Source: Octopus bimaculoides
Taxonomy: Eukaryota
Assembly (NCBI RefSeq): GCF_001194135.2
Contig: NC_068981.1
Coordinates: forward strand, 33,435,731 to 33,489,151
Reading direction: 5' to 3'
DNA length: 53,421 nucleotides
Part shown: in pieces, positions 12,834 to 24,782 of the stretch
How the letters are laid out: every line of letters starts with the position of its first letter
Position numbering within the stretch: the stretch's first letter is position 1
Program-made: the position numbers and the translations under genes
The notes under the pieces: generated by a model
The model's input: only the letters and a program-made list of their open reading frames with translations
What the model was told of the DNA's origin: nothing
Databases searched by the model: none

Positions 12834-12969
12834 TGAGGGGGTGCTGAAAAGTTCCTGGCTTGAAGGGTATTACGAAAGGCCTGGTTGGAGGCCCGACTTT
12901 CTGAATTCTTTTACAGGGATTAGTAAACTGAAGGACTGCTGCAATAAGTGTGTGAATCTGAGAGGAGAA
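12834..12969 (+). mobile_element. mariner-derived short non-autonomous fragment
   Basis: GAGGGGGTGCTGAAAAGTTCC mariner-type TIR followed by a transposase C-terminus remnant KLKDCCNKCVNLRGE. Confidence 0.65.
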
Positions 12970-13061
12970 TTAACAGATCCTCCTGTATTTTCTTTTACTC
13001 AAAGCACTCATTCATATATTAGAAGTCTGCAGATCAAAATTATTTCACCCGTTTTAAACAG

Positions 13062-13138
13062 TTGATAATCACATTTGTGCTACATACAATGACACATGTT
13101 TCGGACAAGACTTGCCACAAAATGATGGTCAATGGAAA
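13062..13138 (+). CDS. Exon of gene 1 (DNHICATYNDTCFGQDLPQNDGQWK)
   Basis: ttttaaacag acceptor, AAA|gtaaca donor, 77 nt, phase 1-0. Confidence 0.7.
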
Positions 13139-13299
13139 GTAACAATAATGAAAGTTGTTGTTTGACAATCACCTTCAAAATTACAAAGCCTCATGGCTTT
13201 TAAAAAGATGTGGACTGTTATTTTTCAATGATCTGTGTCTAAACTTTAGAGGAGCCATATTTTGATATTATAAGTAGAACACTTATAATAGTAAATATT

Positions 13300-13423
13300 A
13301 AATGATAATGATGATGGTGGTGGTGGTATGGTAGTGGTGGTGGTGGTGGTAGTGGTGGTGGCGGCGGCGACGGTGGTGATGGTGGTGGTGGCAGCAGCAG
13401 TGGCAGTGATGACAATAATGGTG
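13300..13423. repeat. (ATG)/(GTG)/(GCA) trinucleotide run
   Basis: Directly visible; source of spurious poly-V/poly-T ORFs. Confidence 0.9.
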
Positions 13424-13442
13424 ATTCTTTTAACTACCTCAG

Positions 13443-13516
13443 TTACTTTATTCGTTTTTGTATCAACAATATGTGAAATCTCCCAACCAAGTGCTCTTAC
13501 CCACACATAATAATAG
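13443..13516 (+). CDS. Exon of gene 1 (LLYSFLYQQYVKSPNQVLLPTHNN)
   Basis: ctacctcag acceptor, TAG|gtatgt donor, 74 nt, phase 0-2. Confidence 0.7.
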
Positions 13517-14619
13517 GTATGTGTGTTACTCACAATGAAAAGTTTGGCTGAGGTTCCACTCCATGTTACCTTTTGCACACATCACACATATACACCCATA
13601 TCCTCCACAATCTCTACAATCACTCCAGATCCTCTCACATTCACCCTTTTGTACCTTGAGAATAAGTTCTGACATCTCATCACCACTATCTTCTCTTGTT
13701 TTCCAGCTGGAGTAACCATCTATCTCCTCTACAATAAAACACCCATTCCTATCCCTCTATCATATTCTTGCCTCTCAATACCTGGCATAAGTCATCTCCC
13801 TCAACACTACACCCACCTCAATCAAGGGGTCTTGCCTTGCGAGCTACTAGCAACTTCACTAGTGTCATTAAAAAGCATAGAAACCATTCTGAAAGAGACA
13901 TTAGAGCTTGGCACAGTCATCTAACCTGTCAATTCATCCAACCCATGCCAGCATGGACGACGACGACATTTTAACATGGCACTAGCATGAGAGAAGTGGC
14001 CATGTTTTTGACAAAATTAACCCTACTCTTTACAGGATGTACTGCATGCATTTTTATCATAACCCAGCACTACAGAGGTTGCCATGTCTTTGACAAAACT
14101 GAAGGGCTGTCACCTCCACATATCTGCACACTCATAAGTCACTTTACACAGTTGTGTAAGTGACTAGAAGAGACAGCTATGACAAAAGAACCAGGATGGG
14201 CAGAGGAGAGGAGCAAGAGAGTAATGGTAGAAGCAGAGTAACTGGGATAGAAAAGTAGCAGGAGTAAGAGAATGATGGGTGGCACTAGAGTTGGATAAAT
14301 GGTAAGAATGAATGATGGATGTTAATACCAAGTGGACCAAGGTATGAAGGTCTGGCAGTACAGGAAGAATATATATATATACATATATATATACATATAT
14401 ATAATACATATATATATATACATATATACACACACACATCAAAGTGAATATGATATGATATACATGTGTGTGTTTGTGCTATGTGTGTGTGTGTGTATGT
14501 GTGTGTGTACTCTTCCTGTACTGCCAGACCCTCATACCTTTTTACATGCTGGTGGCATGTAAAAAGCACCCATTGCACCCTAGGAGTATTTGACTTTAGG
14601 AAGGGCATCCAGCCATAAG

Positions 14620-15470
14620 AAATTTGAGCTGATGCATTTTGGAAGTAAGTCTATACTAAAACAGCCATACTCTCTTCCTTCAGGGGAACCACTCACCATA
14701 TCTAATAGTATCAGAGACCTAGGTGTAATTGTTGATAACAATCTCAGTTGGAGTGCCTACAACAACAATAAGGTTGATATAGCTCATAGGATGATCTCCT
14801 GGATCTTAAGAACCCATCGGTCCAGAGAACAAGGTGTCATCATTCTACTTTTCTTCTCCTTTGTACGGCCACACCTCGAATACTGCTGCCCCTTGTGATT
14901 TCCCCATACAACACAAAACATCTCAAAAATTGAATCACCCAGAGTGCACTCACTAAATGAATTGAAGGCATGACTGATCTTGATAACTGGGATCACCTTA
15001 AAGCCTTGAAACTTTACTCTCTCCAGTGCCGCCGTGAGCGGTACATCATTTGTATGATATGGAGAATATACTGCCAGCGTTACCCAAACGACCTGAACAT
15101 TAGTTTCAAGGTTCATCCAAGGCTGAGACCACACAGGCCATACATCCCCTGCCCAATTCAGGATCACAACATATAGGTACACTTCAACACAATTTCTTTT
15201 CCTCAACAGGCCCTGCCCTGTTTAACATTGTCCCAAAACTGATCAAAGAGGAAAAGGATCCTATCACCTTTAAACGGAGTCTGGACAGATTTCTTCAAGT
15301 CATACCAGATAAGCCACCCATACCTGGATACAACTCATTCAACAAGAACTCACTACTTGAATAGACCATAAACAAAACTTGACTTAAAAAGGATTTAGAT
15401 AATCCTATCAGGTGGTGCTATTAAATTAGACATGGCCTGGACCAATCTTTGGTCGAAACATATCTAAGTT
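14620..15470 (+). mobile_element. CR1-like LINE, 3' RT fragment
   Basis: KFELMHFG...IRDLGVIVDNNLSW...VRPHLEYCCPL...LKALKLYSLQCRRERY; stops and frameshifts. Confidence 0.92.
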
Positions 15471-15489
15471 TTATATATATATATATACA

Positions 15490-15630
15490 TACGACAGGCT
15501 TCTTTCAGTTTCCATCTACAGAATCCACTCATAAGGCTTTGGTCAGCCCGAGGCTGTAGTAGAAGGCATTTGCCCAAGTGGGACTGAAATCAGAACTATG
15601 TGGTTTACCACACAGCCACTCCTCCGCCTA
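15490..15630 (-). mobile_element. SINE family B, 5' part
   Basis: Reverse complement of the family B head. Confidence 0.8.
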
Positions 15631-15736
15631 TATATATATACACATATATGTATCGTCCTACACATACCAGCATGGAAGCAGACATTAAATGATGATGATG
15701 ATGAAATATATACAGCTGAAGTCTGCAAGCTGGTTG

Positions 15737-15950
15737 AAGGTGGCAAACTGGCAGAAACGTTAGCACACCGAGTAAAATGCTTAGCAGTATTTTGCCAGTG
15801 TTTACGTTCTGAGTTCAAATTCCGGTGAGGTCGACTTTGCCTTTCATCCTTTTGGGGTCGATAAATTAAGTACCAGTTGCATACTGGGGCAATCTAATTG
15901 ACTGGCTCCCTCACCCAAAATTTCGGGCCTTGTGCCTAGAGTAGAAAAGG
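15737..15950 (+). mobile_element. tRNA-derived SINE family C
   Basis: TGGCAGAAACGTTAG (A-box-like), GAGTTCAAATTCC (B box), CTTTGCCTTTCATCCTTT..GGGGTCGATAAATTAAGTACC core resembling the Deu/Nin SINE domain. Confidence 0.9.
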
Positions 15951-16009
15951 ATATATATACACACACACACACATGCATATACATATATTTATATATATAT
16001 ATATATATA

Positions 16010-16421
16010 TATAATCATAAATATATAGGGATTGACAGTAACCTGCTTCTCCAACATACTGAGAATTCAGAAATAGCAGCCAAAGAACTACTGATTCCAA
16101 AACTACAAATTATTACTCTAATTTGATAGCGATATTTTTGATACACACAGAACAAAAAACAGTAGAGAAGAGTAAAAAAACCACTTGCCTTTAGTTAATT
16201 TAGTACGATCGTTTCACAGTTAAGAGTAAAGAATACTCTATTCTGATCTTCAGCTAAATATTCTAATAAATTTGTGTGTTCTGTGTGTATCAAAAATATC
16301 GCTATCAAATTAGAGTAATAATTTGTAGTTTTGGAATCAGTAGTTCTTTGGCTGCTATTTCTGAATTCTCAGTATGTTGGAGAAGCAGGTTACTGTCAAT
16401 CCCTATATATTTATGATTATA
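16010..16421. repeat. Perfect 145-bp inverted repeat (16010-16154 / 16277-16421) with 122-bp spacer
   Basis: Base-by-base reverse-complement check found no mismatch. Confidence 0.95.
16204..16225 (+). CDS. Candidate 22-nt exon of gene 1 (S-TIVSQLR); alternative candidate 16329-16371 (S-FGISSSLAAISEFS)
   Basis: Either supplies the phase 2-0 bridge between 13516 and 16995; both have AG/GT ends. Confidence 0.4.
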
Positions 16422-16994
16422 AATGATTTTACCGAAAAGGTTTTTTCATACTGAGCTACCCGGCAAAATTGTTAATTATTAATTTTATTACTAATTGACG
16501 ATTCCCTGCCCTGCATATCTATATATATATATATATATTTATATTTACTTATCTCTCTATTAACTATTTTTTCCATCTTTCTCTTCTTTTCCCTCTCATT
16601 GTACTATGTTTAGTGTAACTAAGGATGGTAGTAAATCACTTCTCCTGACTGTACCATGCATCCAGTGTAACTAAAGACATCAGTAATCCTATCTGACTCT
16701 CTCATCTCACCAACACTCAACCTTTCCCTCTTATCCTTATCACCTTAATACTGTTGTCCACATTGCAGCATTTGTATATGGAATCACACTAGATCTAAAT
16801 ATATCCCTTACACTTCTACCTTCACACTTTGATACACACACACACACACACACACATATTTATCATATATTCACTTTGATATATATATATATTAAATTAA
16901 CAGTTAAGAACTTCTAAGCTACAATAGAAACAAACAATATTTTTATAATACAGTTTTTGGGTTTTTTTTTTTTTTTCATTGCTAAGTACTACAG

Positions 16995-17081
16995 ATCATT
17001 TCTTATCTCAAAGAGAACATTCATATTAAAAGACAAAGTCTTCTAAGCGAATATAGAAAATGCAAGAGTCATTCTAGTTGA
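16995..17081 (+). CDS. Probable terminal coding exon of gene 1 (IISYLKENIHIKRQSLLSEYRKCKSHSS*)
   Basis: Poly-T tract plus tacag acceptor; open to TGA 17079-17081; AATAAA motifs downstream (about 17388, 17471, 17575). Confidence 0.55.
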   Translation: MISYLKENIHIKRQSLLSEYRKCKSHSS

Positions 17082-18374
17082 TTTCAGCTCAAGTACTATT
17101 GTCACACCAATGAATTTTCTATAGTACTTTAAAAAAATTTTCACTCATTATTTTTTTATTTTTTCATTTATTTATTTTTTCTATTTTTTTGAGGTACACT
17201 TTGTATTGTTTCATTACATGGTGATAAACCATAACTAAATAAGCTGAAACTTCTTGTGGTATATGTAAAATTCTAGTCAATTTATTGCAGTTGATTTAAC
17301 CTAATTACTTGATCTGCCAATAACATTTTGCATAGTTAATTACAAATATATGAGAAAAATAGACAAAGAAATTTTTGTGGGTTGTTGAATAAAAAAAATA
17401 ACGTAGCAATGAATGATTCTTTACCTCAATAATTCAGCATCCACATGCAAGCTTAAACAAACACTAAGAAAATAAACAATATCAGACATTAAGGCTTTGT
17501 TGGTCCCCAGTGTCAATATGGTTATTGTTATAGTGATGAAGGTGTCTGGAATACTAGAATATACAATAAAATGCATTACAATACTTTGTTTTGCCTTTCA
17601 AACTTTTAATTTAAAATTGTGCTGTGGTTGACTTCATTTGTGTTAGATAAAATAACATAATAGTGTTATACCAGATGTGATGTCATAAACTATTCATCTC
17701 ATATTCATCTTCATATTTATGTCTTTTTTTTCTATGCTGGTATAAGTTGGATAAAGCTTTTTGAAGCAGTACTCTTTGGCCAGATGCAGTTCTGAACACC
17801 AACACTTACTTCCTTTAAGAAAGGCACTTAATTTAGGTCCTTGCTCATCAAACCAGAAATTGTTGGCATCAGTTACTTAGATATATGTTTTATGTAAATT
17901 CTGCAATGTTAATGTGCTGCATATATTTGAAGTTGAATTCATCTATCAATATTCATATTGGCTCATTTTTACTGTCACATTACAATATGTTGTGACATCT
18001 CGTGCAATATTCTGATGTGTGTGTGTGTGTGTGTGTGTGTGTTTTACATGATGAAGTCAAATAATTAGTCAACATCATCCCAGCACACTGAAAGGTTGGA
18101 GGTATTAAGAGTATATAAAAGGAGATAGAAAGAGAGAGAGATGGCAGTCGATATCACAACTTTGGGATTGTATAAAGTTCTGATATTGACTCTCTCTCAA
18201 ATGAAATGATATACAATGCAAGAGAAAAGGAGGTAGTAGTAATAATCATAAGTCTTTCCAATACTAATTAGTGGTCTTCATGAAAACCTAGTGAATTTGA
18301 TGATATTTGCATTTATTTACAAAAAGTAAACTTGAAAGGTTTTATAAGATAGAATAGCATACCAACACATATAT

Positions 18375-19180
18375 GCTCCCCACCAACTTTGTTTCCTCAG
18401 AACTTTAAGGGAAAATGGATGTATTCTAATGAAATTTTAAAATAATACACTTCAGATGGTGAAGATTCCAATTACATCAGAATTTGCTGTGCAAATTTTT
18501 TGTGGGTAGGGAGAGGAGTTTCGGAAAATTCACACAAATCAACATTAATTTCCCTCATAACTTTCAGAAAAATTTCTACAGATACCTTTCAGACTGTAAA
18601 TTATGATTCTATTAGAATTTAATGTAAAAAAAAAACAAAAAAAATTGGTGGGTGTACAACATACATATTGACACATCCAAATTTTTTCCAAAATTTCAAA
18701 TTTCATTTCGTAGATACATATATGTGAATGGCAACCAATTTTTTAGAAATGATACATTTCTAAATCTCTCAGAGAGATTATTTATGCAGTAGCGATATGA
18801 TGAAGTAGTTGTATGCTGTCAACTTAGTGTGACAGTCCCCTGAAGGGAATAATACTACTGTCGGTTAGACCTAAGAAGCTGCACCACTTCCTGTTGGCCT
18901 TGACTCATTTCCTGTAGTTTTTTTTTTTTTTGTCTTGTTTCATAGATTAACTTTGAAGCCTTTTTAACACTGAAATATAGTATGGCACTAAGATAGCTTG
19001 TACTTTATGCACACACACACACACACACGCACACACACACACACAGCTTTGTTTCCCCTTAACTTTCAGGAAAATGAGCATTTTTAAATGAAATTTTCAA
19101 TAAATACCTTCCAGATGGTGAAAATTCAAATATCTTTCAAATGGTATAGATGGTATGATTAATGAGGAAAAAAATTGTTN
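18375..19180. repeat. Three diverged copies of an AT-rich interspersed repeat module
   Basis: Module AACTTT...GAAAAT...GAAATTTT...ATAC..TCAGATGG recurs near 18385, 18555 and 19045. Confidence 0.55.
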
Positions 19181-19443
19181 NNNNNNNNNNNNNNNNNNNN
19201 NNNNNNNNNNNNNNNNNNNNNNNNNNNNNNNNNNNNNNNNNNNNNNNNNNNNNNNNNNNNNNNNNNNNNNNNNNNNNNNNNNNNNNNNNNNNNNNNNNNN
19301 NNNNNNNNNNNNNNNNNNNNNNNNNNNNNNNNNNNNNNNNNNNNNNNNNNNNNNNNNNNNNNNNNNNNNNNNNNNNNNNNNNNNNNNNNNNNNNNNNNNN
19401 NNNNNNNNNNNNNNNNNNNNNNNNNNNNNNNNNNATCATTAAC

Positions 19444-19830
19444 AGGCGCAGGAGTGGCTGTGTGGTAAGTAGCTTGCTTACCAACCACATGGTCCCAGGT
19501 TCAGTCCCACTGCGTGGCACCTTGGGCAAGTGTCTTCTACTATAGCATCGGGCCGACCAAAGCCTTGTGAGTGGATTTGGTAGACGGAAACTGAAAGAAG
19601 CCTGTCGCATACATGTATATATATATATATGTTTGTGTGTATGTGTGTCTGTGTTTGTCTCCCCAACATCGCTTGACAACCGATGGTGGTGTGTTCACGT
19701 CCCCGTAACTTAGCGGTTCGGCAAAAGAGACCGATAGAATAAGTACTAGGCATCCAAAGAATAAGTCCTGGGGTCGATTTACTCGACTAAAGGCCACAGT
19801 CAAATGACTGAAACAAGTACAAGAGTAAGT
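19444..19830 (+). mobile_element. tRNA-derived SINE family B, near full length
   Basis: AGGCGCAGGAGTGGCTGTGTGG...GGTTCAGTCCC head, CCTTGGGCAAGTG core, internal TA/TG run, GACTGAAACAAGTA tail. Confidence 0.92.
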
Positions 19831-19965
19831 ATTCATTTTTCTGAAAGTTATGAGAAAACAAAGTCGAAGGGGCACGCTTGTGTAGGTATGCCTACGCCGT
19901 ACTTTGTAACTAGTAATGTTCTGTGCAGATGACTAAGTGACTTGGTTTATCAGGTTATATAAATA

Positions 19966-20852
19966 CAGTAATCCCACGACTATCACGTTACGTTCCAAAA
20001 CCCCATCCGCGATAGGTGAAAATCCGCGAAGTAGAAACAGTACTGTATGTTTTATTATTATTTTCATAATTTGCATTTATTTATTTTATTGTTTTTATAT
20101 ATTTAAACTTTTATAAACTCTCCTCACACTCTTAGGAGTACCCATCTTTTCCTTTCTTTTCTTTTTTTGTGGGTGAGAAACATAGCGATGGATGGTTGCT
20201 GGTGTTGCTTTCTCTTCTGTGTAAGGAGGTTTTTATAAACTTCCACGGCTCCATCGATTGCATTTCTGAACTGCAATGCACGAATCATCTAGAGGTCCCA
20301 ATTTTCCACCATTCTCTGAAGTTCTTTTGGCGGCCTACATCCGCATACCTTCTCCCTTCCTTAAGCATGTCGAGGAGTTTCACCCTCACTGCTGTAGTAA
20401 GCATCTTTCTCTGGCGCTCGGGTCCTCTGCCAGAAGCCTTAGAAAGTGTAGAACGTTTGGGTGACATCGTAGGGCTTGCAATAAATTGACAATTTTACAC
20501 ACGAATGCAAAACAACACCAAACACTTGTCTCCCGAGTTTCGTTTTCTATAAAGTATGTACGATTCTTTGTTTACTCATTAACTGTATACTACGTATTTT
20601 TTTTTAGTATATTTTAACTAATGTGTCATATAGTGCAGTACTGAACTGTATTTTTATTTATCAATTTATTAATTTTGGGGCGTGAAAATGCTTATTTTAC
20701 CTCAGAAATAATCAAAATCTAAAAAAAATATAAATACCGATCGGCCGCAGAAACCCGCGATATACTGAAGAGTCCGTGATATAAATTTATATATATTAAC
20801 CAGAAAAATCCGTGATGTACTGAGAATGCGAGAGATGAAACGCGATTTACTG
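19966..20852 (-). mobile_element. pogo/Tigger-like non-autonomous DNA transposon
   Basis: TA|CAGTAA...TTACTG|TA ends; minus ORF 20285-20467 MSPKRSTLSKASGRGPERQRKMLTTAVRVKLLDMLKEGRRYADVGR is a Tigger psq-HTH N-terminus. Confidence 0.85.
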
Positions 20853-20934
20853 TAGTTTCTTTTGACCTTCACTTTTACAAACGACAGAACGCAATTTGAG
20901 GGAAATTATGCTGTTCTTTCTAGTAGGCCAAAAC

Positions 20935-21100
20935 AATATGTAGAAGCTCCATCGGTGGTTCTGTTATTATAGAAGTCCATCACTGCAAGATATTTCAGCA
21001 CCAGCTGATCGGTTAGAAATAACAGCCAAATCCCTCTAAACTACATTTTGTTGTCTTTAAAAAAGGAAGTACTTGTTTGATAATGTAGTTCTATATACAT
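20935..21100 (+). repeat. Family D interspersed repeat fragment
   Basis: AGAAATAACAGCCAAATC core recurs near 32465, 34060(-), 34760(-), 37170, 40080(-). Confidence 0.55.
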
Positions 21101-21277
21101 TTTTTTAAAGAAAAGCAACCGAAAACTGGGTATGCACAGCGACTGCAATAGCCTCTATCTGAATATATTTTAGAGAGGACTGATTCTTAATGAGTTTAAA
21201 AGAGATTGTGACCCAAGCTTCATCGTCAATTAGAATAGCAGTTCTTGAGCAGACAAATACTACTCCCACCTCGATAT

Positions 21278-21965
21278 TAGTGACGAGCAAAATGACCAGC
21301 ATTTAGGCAGAGAGACAGACCATGAAGGCCTATGGAGTTGAGGAGCCTACTACAGCGACATCTCAGTCCTCCACGGGTGTCGGTTCCCACTCTGAGTACA
21401 ATGGAGATACAGAGCTCATCCAGACCGAGTAGACCGCCAGTGTAGACCATAAGCCGAGCATCAGTCCAGTCCCCTGAGACTTTCGCTCTTGCGAAAAGTA
21501 GGCGACACCTTGAAAATTGATCAGATTGACCAAAGAGGGTTGAATGTGTAACTTGAACACAAATTGCTCCATACTCTCTGCTTCTGGTTATCTTCATTTG
21601 TAATAGGAACTGACAAACCCAGCTCTCACCACTGTAGCAGAACTTCATCCATCTTCCTGTTGGAACTAATCCATGTTAGAAAAGACAGAATGTTCCCTAG
21701 CAATGGGGAGCAAGCGTGGGTGGAGGAAAGAACATAGGGAAGAGACAGAAACGAGCACTTACGCAGACCTAGACCCCTGAACTGTTTGGGCAAAGCAGCC
21801 TGTGATATTGACCAAGCATTCGAGTTCCCTGAAGATTTAATCGTCAAAGCATTGGAGAGATGATGAGAATTTGTAAAAGTGAGTAACTCTGAGCGCCATC
21901 CGTCCGGTACCATATCATGATACGACAAACTGGGTAATGCACTGAATGCTTTCTAAGAGCAACTG
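21278..21965 (-). pseudogene. CRE-clade non-LTR retrotransposon fragment (RT thumb to Zn-knuckle)
   Basis: AWSISQAALPKQFRGLGLRKCSFLSLP...STHACSPLLGNIL; then LDELCISIVLRVG...CRCSRLLNSIGLHGLSLCLNAGHFARH, matching the CxC..GxHxLxC..GRxxRH pattern of CRE elements. Confidence 0.8.
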
Positions 21966-22263
21966 TCATTTTGTTTCATAACGCGACAGAAAAATTAGTT
22001 TTTCCATTATGATCCATGATAATATTATTGAATGAGCTTAAGGAGGAATTTATCATCTTTGTTAAATATCAATCTCTAACCGAGCATACTCTACAGGAAC
22101 ACTCTTATTGAAAATGTGAAATAGATATTTTGACGAGATGATCTAACAGTTTTTTTCTATTGTTTATGCAATCAATATAGCTGCAGTATTATAGTACTAA
22201 AAGATACAGAATGAAACGATTGGACGCAGCCCTTTGGACGTTGATGATTTAGCACGGTTTTTG

Positions 22264-22570
22264 GCGTTTAATTTATATATGGATGGTGTGGTGAGAGGGG
22301 TAAATGCTAGAACCTTTGGCAGGGGAGCCCAAACGGTGGGAGAAAATGGAAAGAAATGGCAGGTTAGTCAGTTATTGTTTGCTGATGATACAGCACTGGT
22401 GGCAGATTCGGAAGAGTAACTGAGGAGACTGGTGATAGAGTTTGGAAGAGTGTGTGAGAGGAGGACACTGAAAGTGAACGTAGCTAAGAGTAAGGTGATG
22501 AGATGTTCGAGAAGGAATGGCTGGTAGAATGAGTGTGAGTATTAATGGTGAGATGTTAGAGGAGGTGAGT
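22264..22570 (+). mobile_element. RTE-clade LINE RT core fragment (distinct family)
   Basis: FNLYMDGVVRGVNAR...WQVSQLLFADDTALVADSEE*LRRLVIEFGRVCERRTLKVNVAKSKVMR. Confidence 0.92.
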
Positions 22571-22699
22571 GTTAATTAATGAGAAAACATAACAGGTTTT
22601 GGCTGCGACTTTAGCATGCAGTTACCAAGCGGTCATGTTAACGGTTATATTATTAATGATCTCGGTCAGAATTTCCGATCGTGGGTGTACAGGTTTTCG

Positions 22700-22830
22700 A
22701 TTAACTGAGCTGCCAAATTCATTGAACTACCGTGTAAGTGGCTAAGTATTCCACAGATATGTGTACTGTACCCTTAATGTAATTTTCAGGCGGAATCAGC
22801 GTGACGTTGTGTGACAAGGCGGTTTTCAAA
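22700..22830 (+). repeat. Family E interspersed repeat
   Basis: CCCTTAATGTAATTTTCAGG..GAATCAGCGTGAC; reverse copy at about 12575-12700. Confidence 0.55.
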
Positions 22831-23149
22831 TACATGTAGCTTCGTTTATCGCTGAATCATTCGTTATTGATTCAGGATAACTCAGTACGTTCAGCTGTGA
22901 ACCGCGTTACACTTATCACTGATTGATTTGTGATAACACGGGTCATCGGCCAATCGAAGATTCTGCTTGTACCGTAAAAACGCGCCCCAACGATTACCCA
23001 CAATGTCCAGCTACCTAAAATACACTGACTATCGTTTTGTGTTTACAATGACTGTGTTGCGAGGCCGCGTATTTTTTCACGTTGATTTGCGTACACATAC
23101 CCATTACCATGGGGGCAGTGATGAAAGAAACTACCAAGGCACCTGTTCC

Positions 23150-23287
23150 TAACAGATGACGCAAATGAGTGTGTTATCTACAGGAAAAAGTAGAGATGAT
23201 CATGAAAATACATGACGGTGGAAACCTTGTTACTGTGGGCTACAAGTCCAGTGTCAATGAATCCACCATTCATTCCATTTACAAAGT
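23150..23287 (+). mobile_element. pogo/Tigger-like transposase HTH remnant
   Basis: EKVEMIMKIHDGGNLVTVGYKSSVNESTIHSIYK. Confidence 0.65.
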
Positions 23288-24782
23288 GTGTGGAGATGGT
23301 TCATTTAACACTGTTTTTTCTTTTTAACTTTTAAACTAGGATAAATGTACAATCCATCCGACGGGCTTCTATACAGCTTCTCTTTCCAATCTGACAAGGT
23401 ATGGGCCAACCCAAGGCTGTATACAGAAAATTACATTAGCCCAAGATCCCACGCAGCAGAATCGAAATGGCAACTTTATAATTACAAAGCGAACCTTTTA
23501 ATTATACGGCCATACTGAGAGAGGAATTATACAGACAGTCGTAATGAGACTGAAGGAGTGGTTCAATAAGAAACGAAATGACTTATTAAATAGATCGTAT
23601 CTCATGGGTATGATTTTCCCCCGCCTCCCTACACTGTCCACAAATTAATTATTTATCTCGGGGGAGGATTAAGTGGAAGAGAATACTATAACACTGAACT
23701 TATTGTCACTGTTTCTATAAGTGCACATATTTTCATACGAACGACTCTAAACACACTTATCTATTCATGCACACATGCATGTGTATGCGTGCGTGGATGT
23801 ATGTTTTTATGTGATACTTCGTTTGTTGGTTGGCTAGTTGGTTCATTGATCGATTGGTTGGCACCTCTCACTCGCAGTGTTTTCGTATTTTTTCCTTTCC
23901 TATGGAGTGGAGAGGTTCATATTCCAGCCATAAAAGCAAAAACTGATTTTATCCTATGAGGTTGAACTGTGGTTAAACGAAGGTCTGGAAGGAATTACTA
24001 GCTATTTTTGCAAAAGTCCAGAGATTTTTTCTTTGCTTAATCAATGGAATAATAATAATTTCTAGCGTAGACATAAGTCCACAAATGTTGAAGAAAGTAA
24101 TAATGGATTGCACCGAAACCAATATTTTCTTGGTACATATTTTAATCGATCTCGGAAAGTTGAAAAACAATGTTGATCTCAGTGAAATTTGAACTGGGAA
24201 TATAAAAGTACACAACTAAATACCTTAATGAATTTTGTCTGATGCTCTACCGATTCTAGTCTCCACTAGCTGAGCAATGCAACCAATGGAACCTCAACCT
24301 TATAGTGATATGATCAGAGTAGCATAGAGTGTACGGATCGCATTGGGTGGTCACTTTAAGTACTTGTGTTTGTTGAGATCGAAGGTATGTGTGACATTTA
24401 CGGAAGATAGGGAAAACCCACGCTACGCCTCGGGGTGTGTTTGGACAACGATGTTTTGACGGATATAATTATAATTCGATAAAATTACTTACGGCCGCTT
24501 CATAATGTACGATCCGAGCATTGCTGACTTGTGGATTTTGCTGTGAGTCGAATTCATCGTAAAGATCGCCCTGGCGGTTATCTCTCTTTCCAGATTTATA
24601 TATGGAATAATTTCACTTCTTATTTCAGTGATGCATTACCCTCTATTGAGTTAGGTAGCATTTCTTTACTAGTGGTCCTTTGGCAATACTATCCTGATAG
24701 TTACTAGTGGGTTTTTTCCGGAGTTGACTGTTATATCTCAAAGTATAGTTGCTTCCTCATTTTCTACCTCTTTTTTTTTCTG

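Noticed and set aside
17425-17553. Minus-strand 129-nt open exon-like segment with GAG|gtaaag donor
   Set aside because: No recognisable protein and only weak neighbours; more simply the 3' UTR of gene 1. RNA-seq strand would settle it.
23973-24215. 80-aa minus ORF with faint LINE RT resemblance (IIIPLIKQRK)
   Set aside because: Too few motifs to call.
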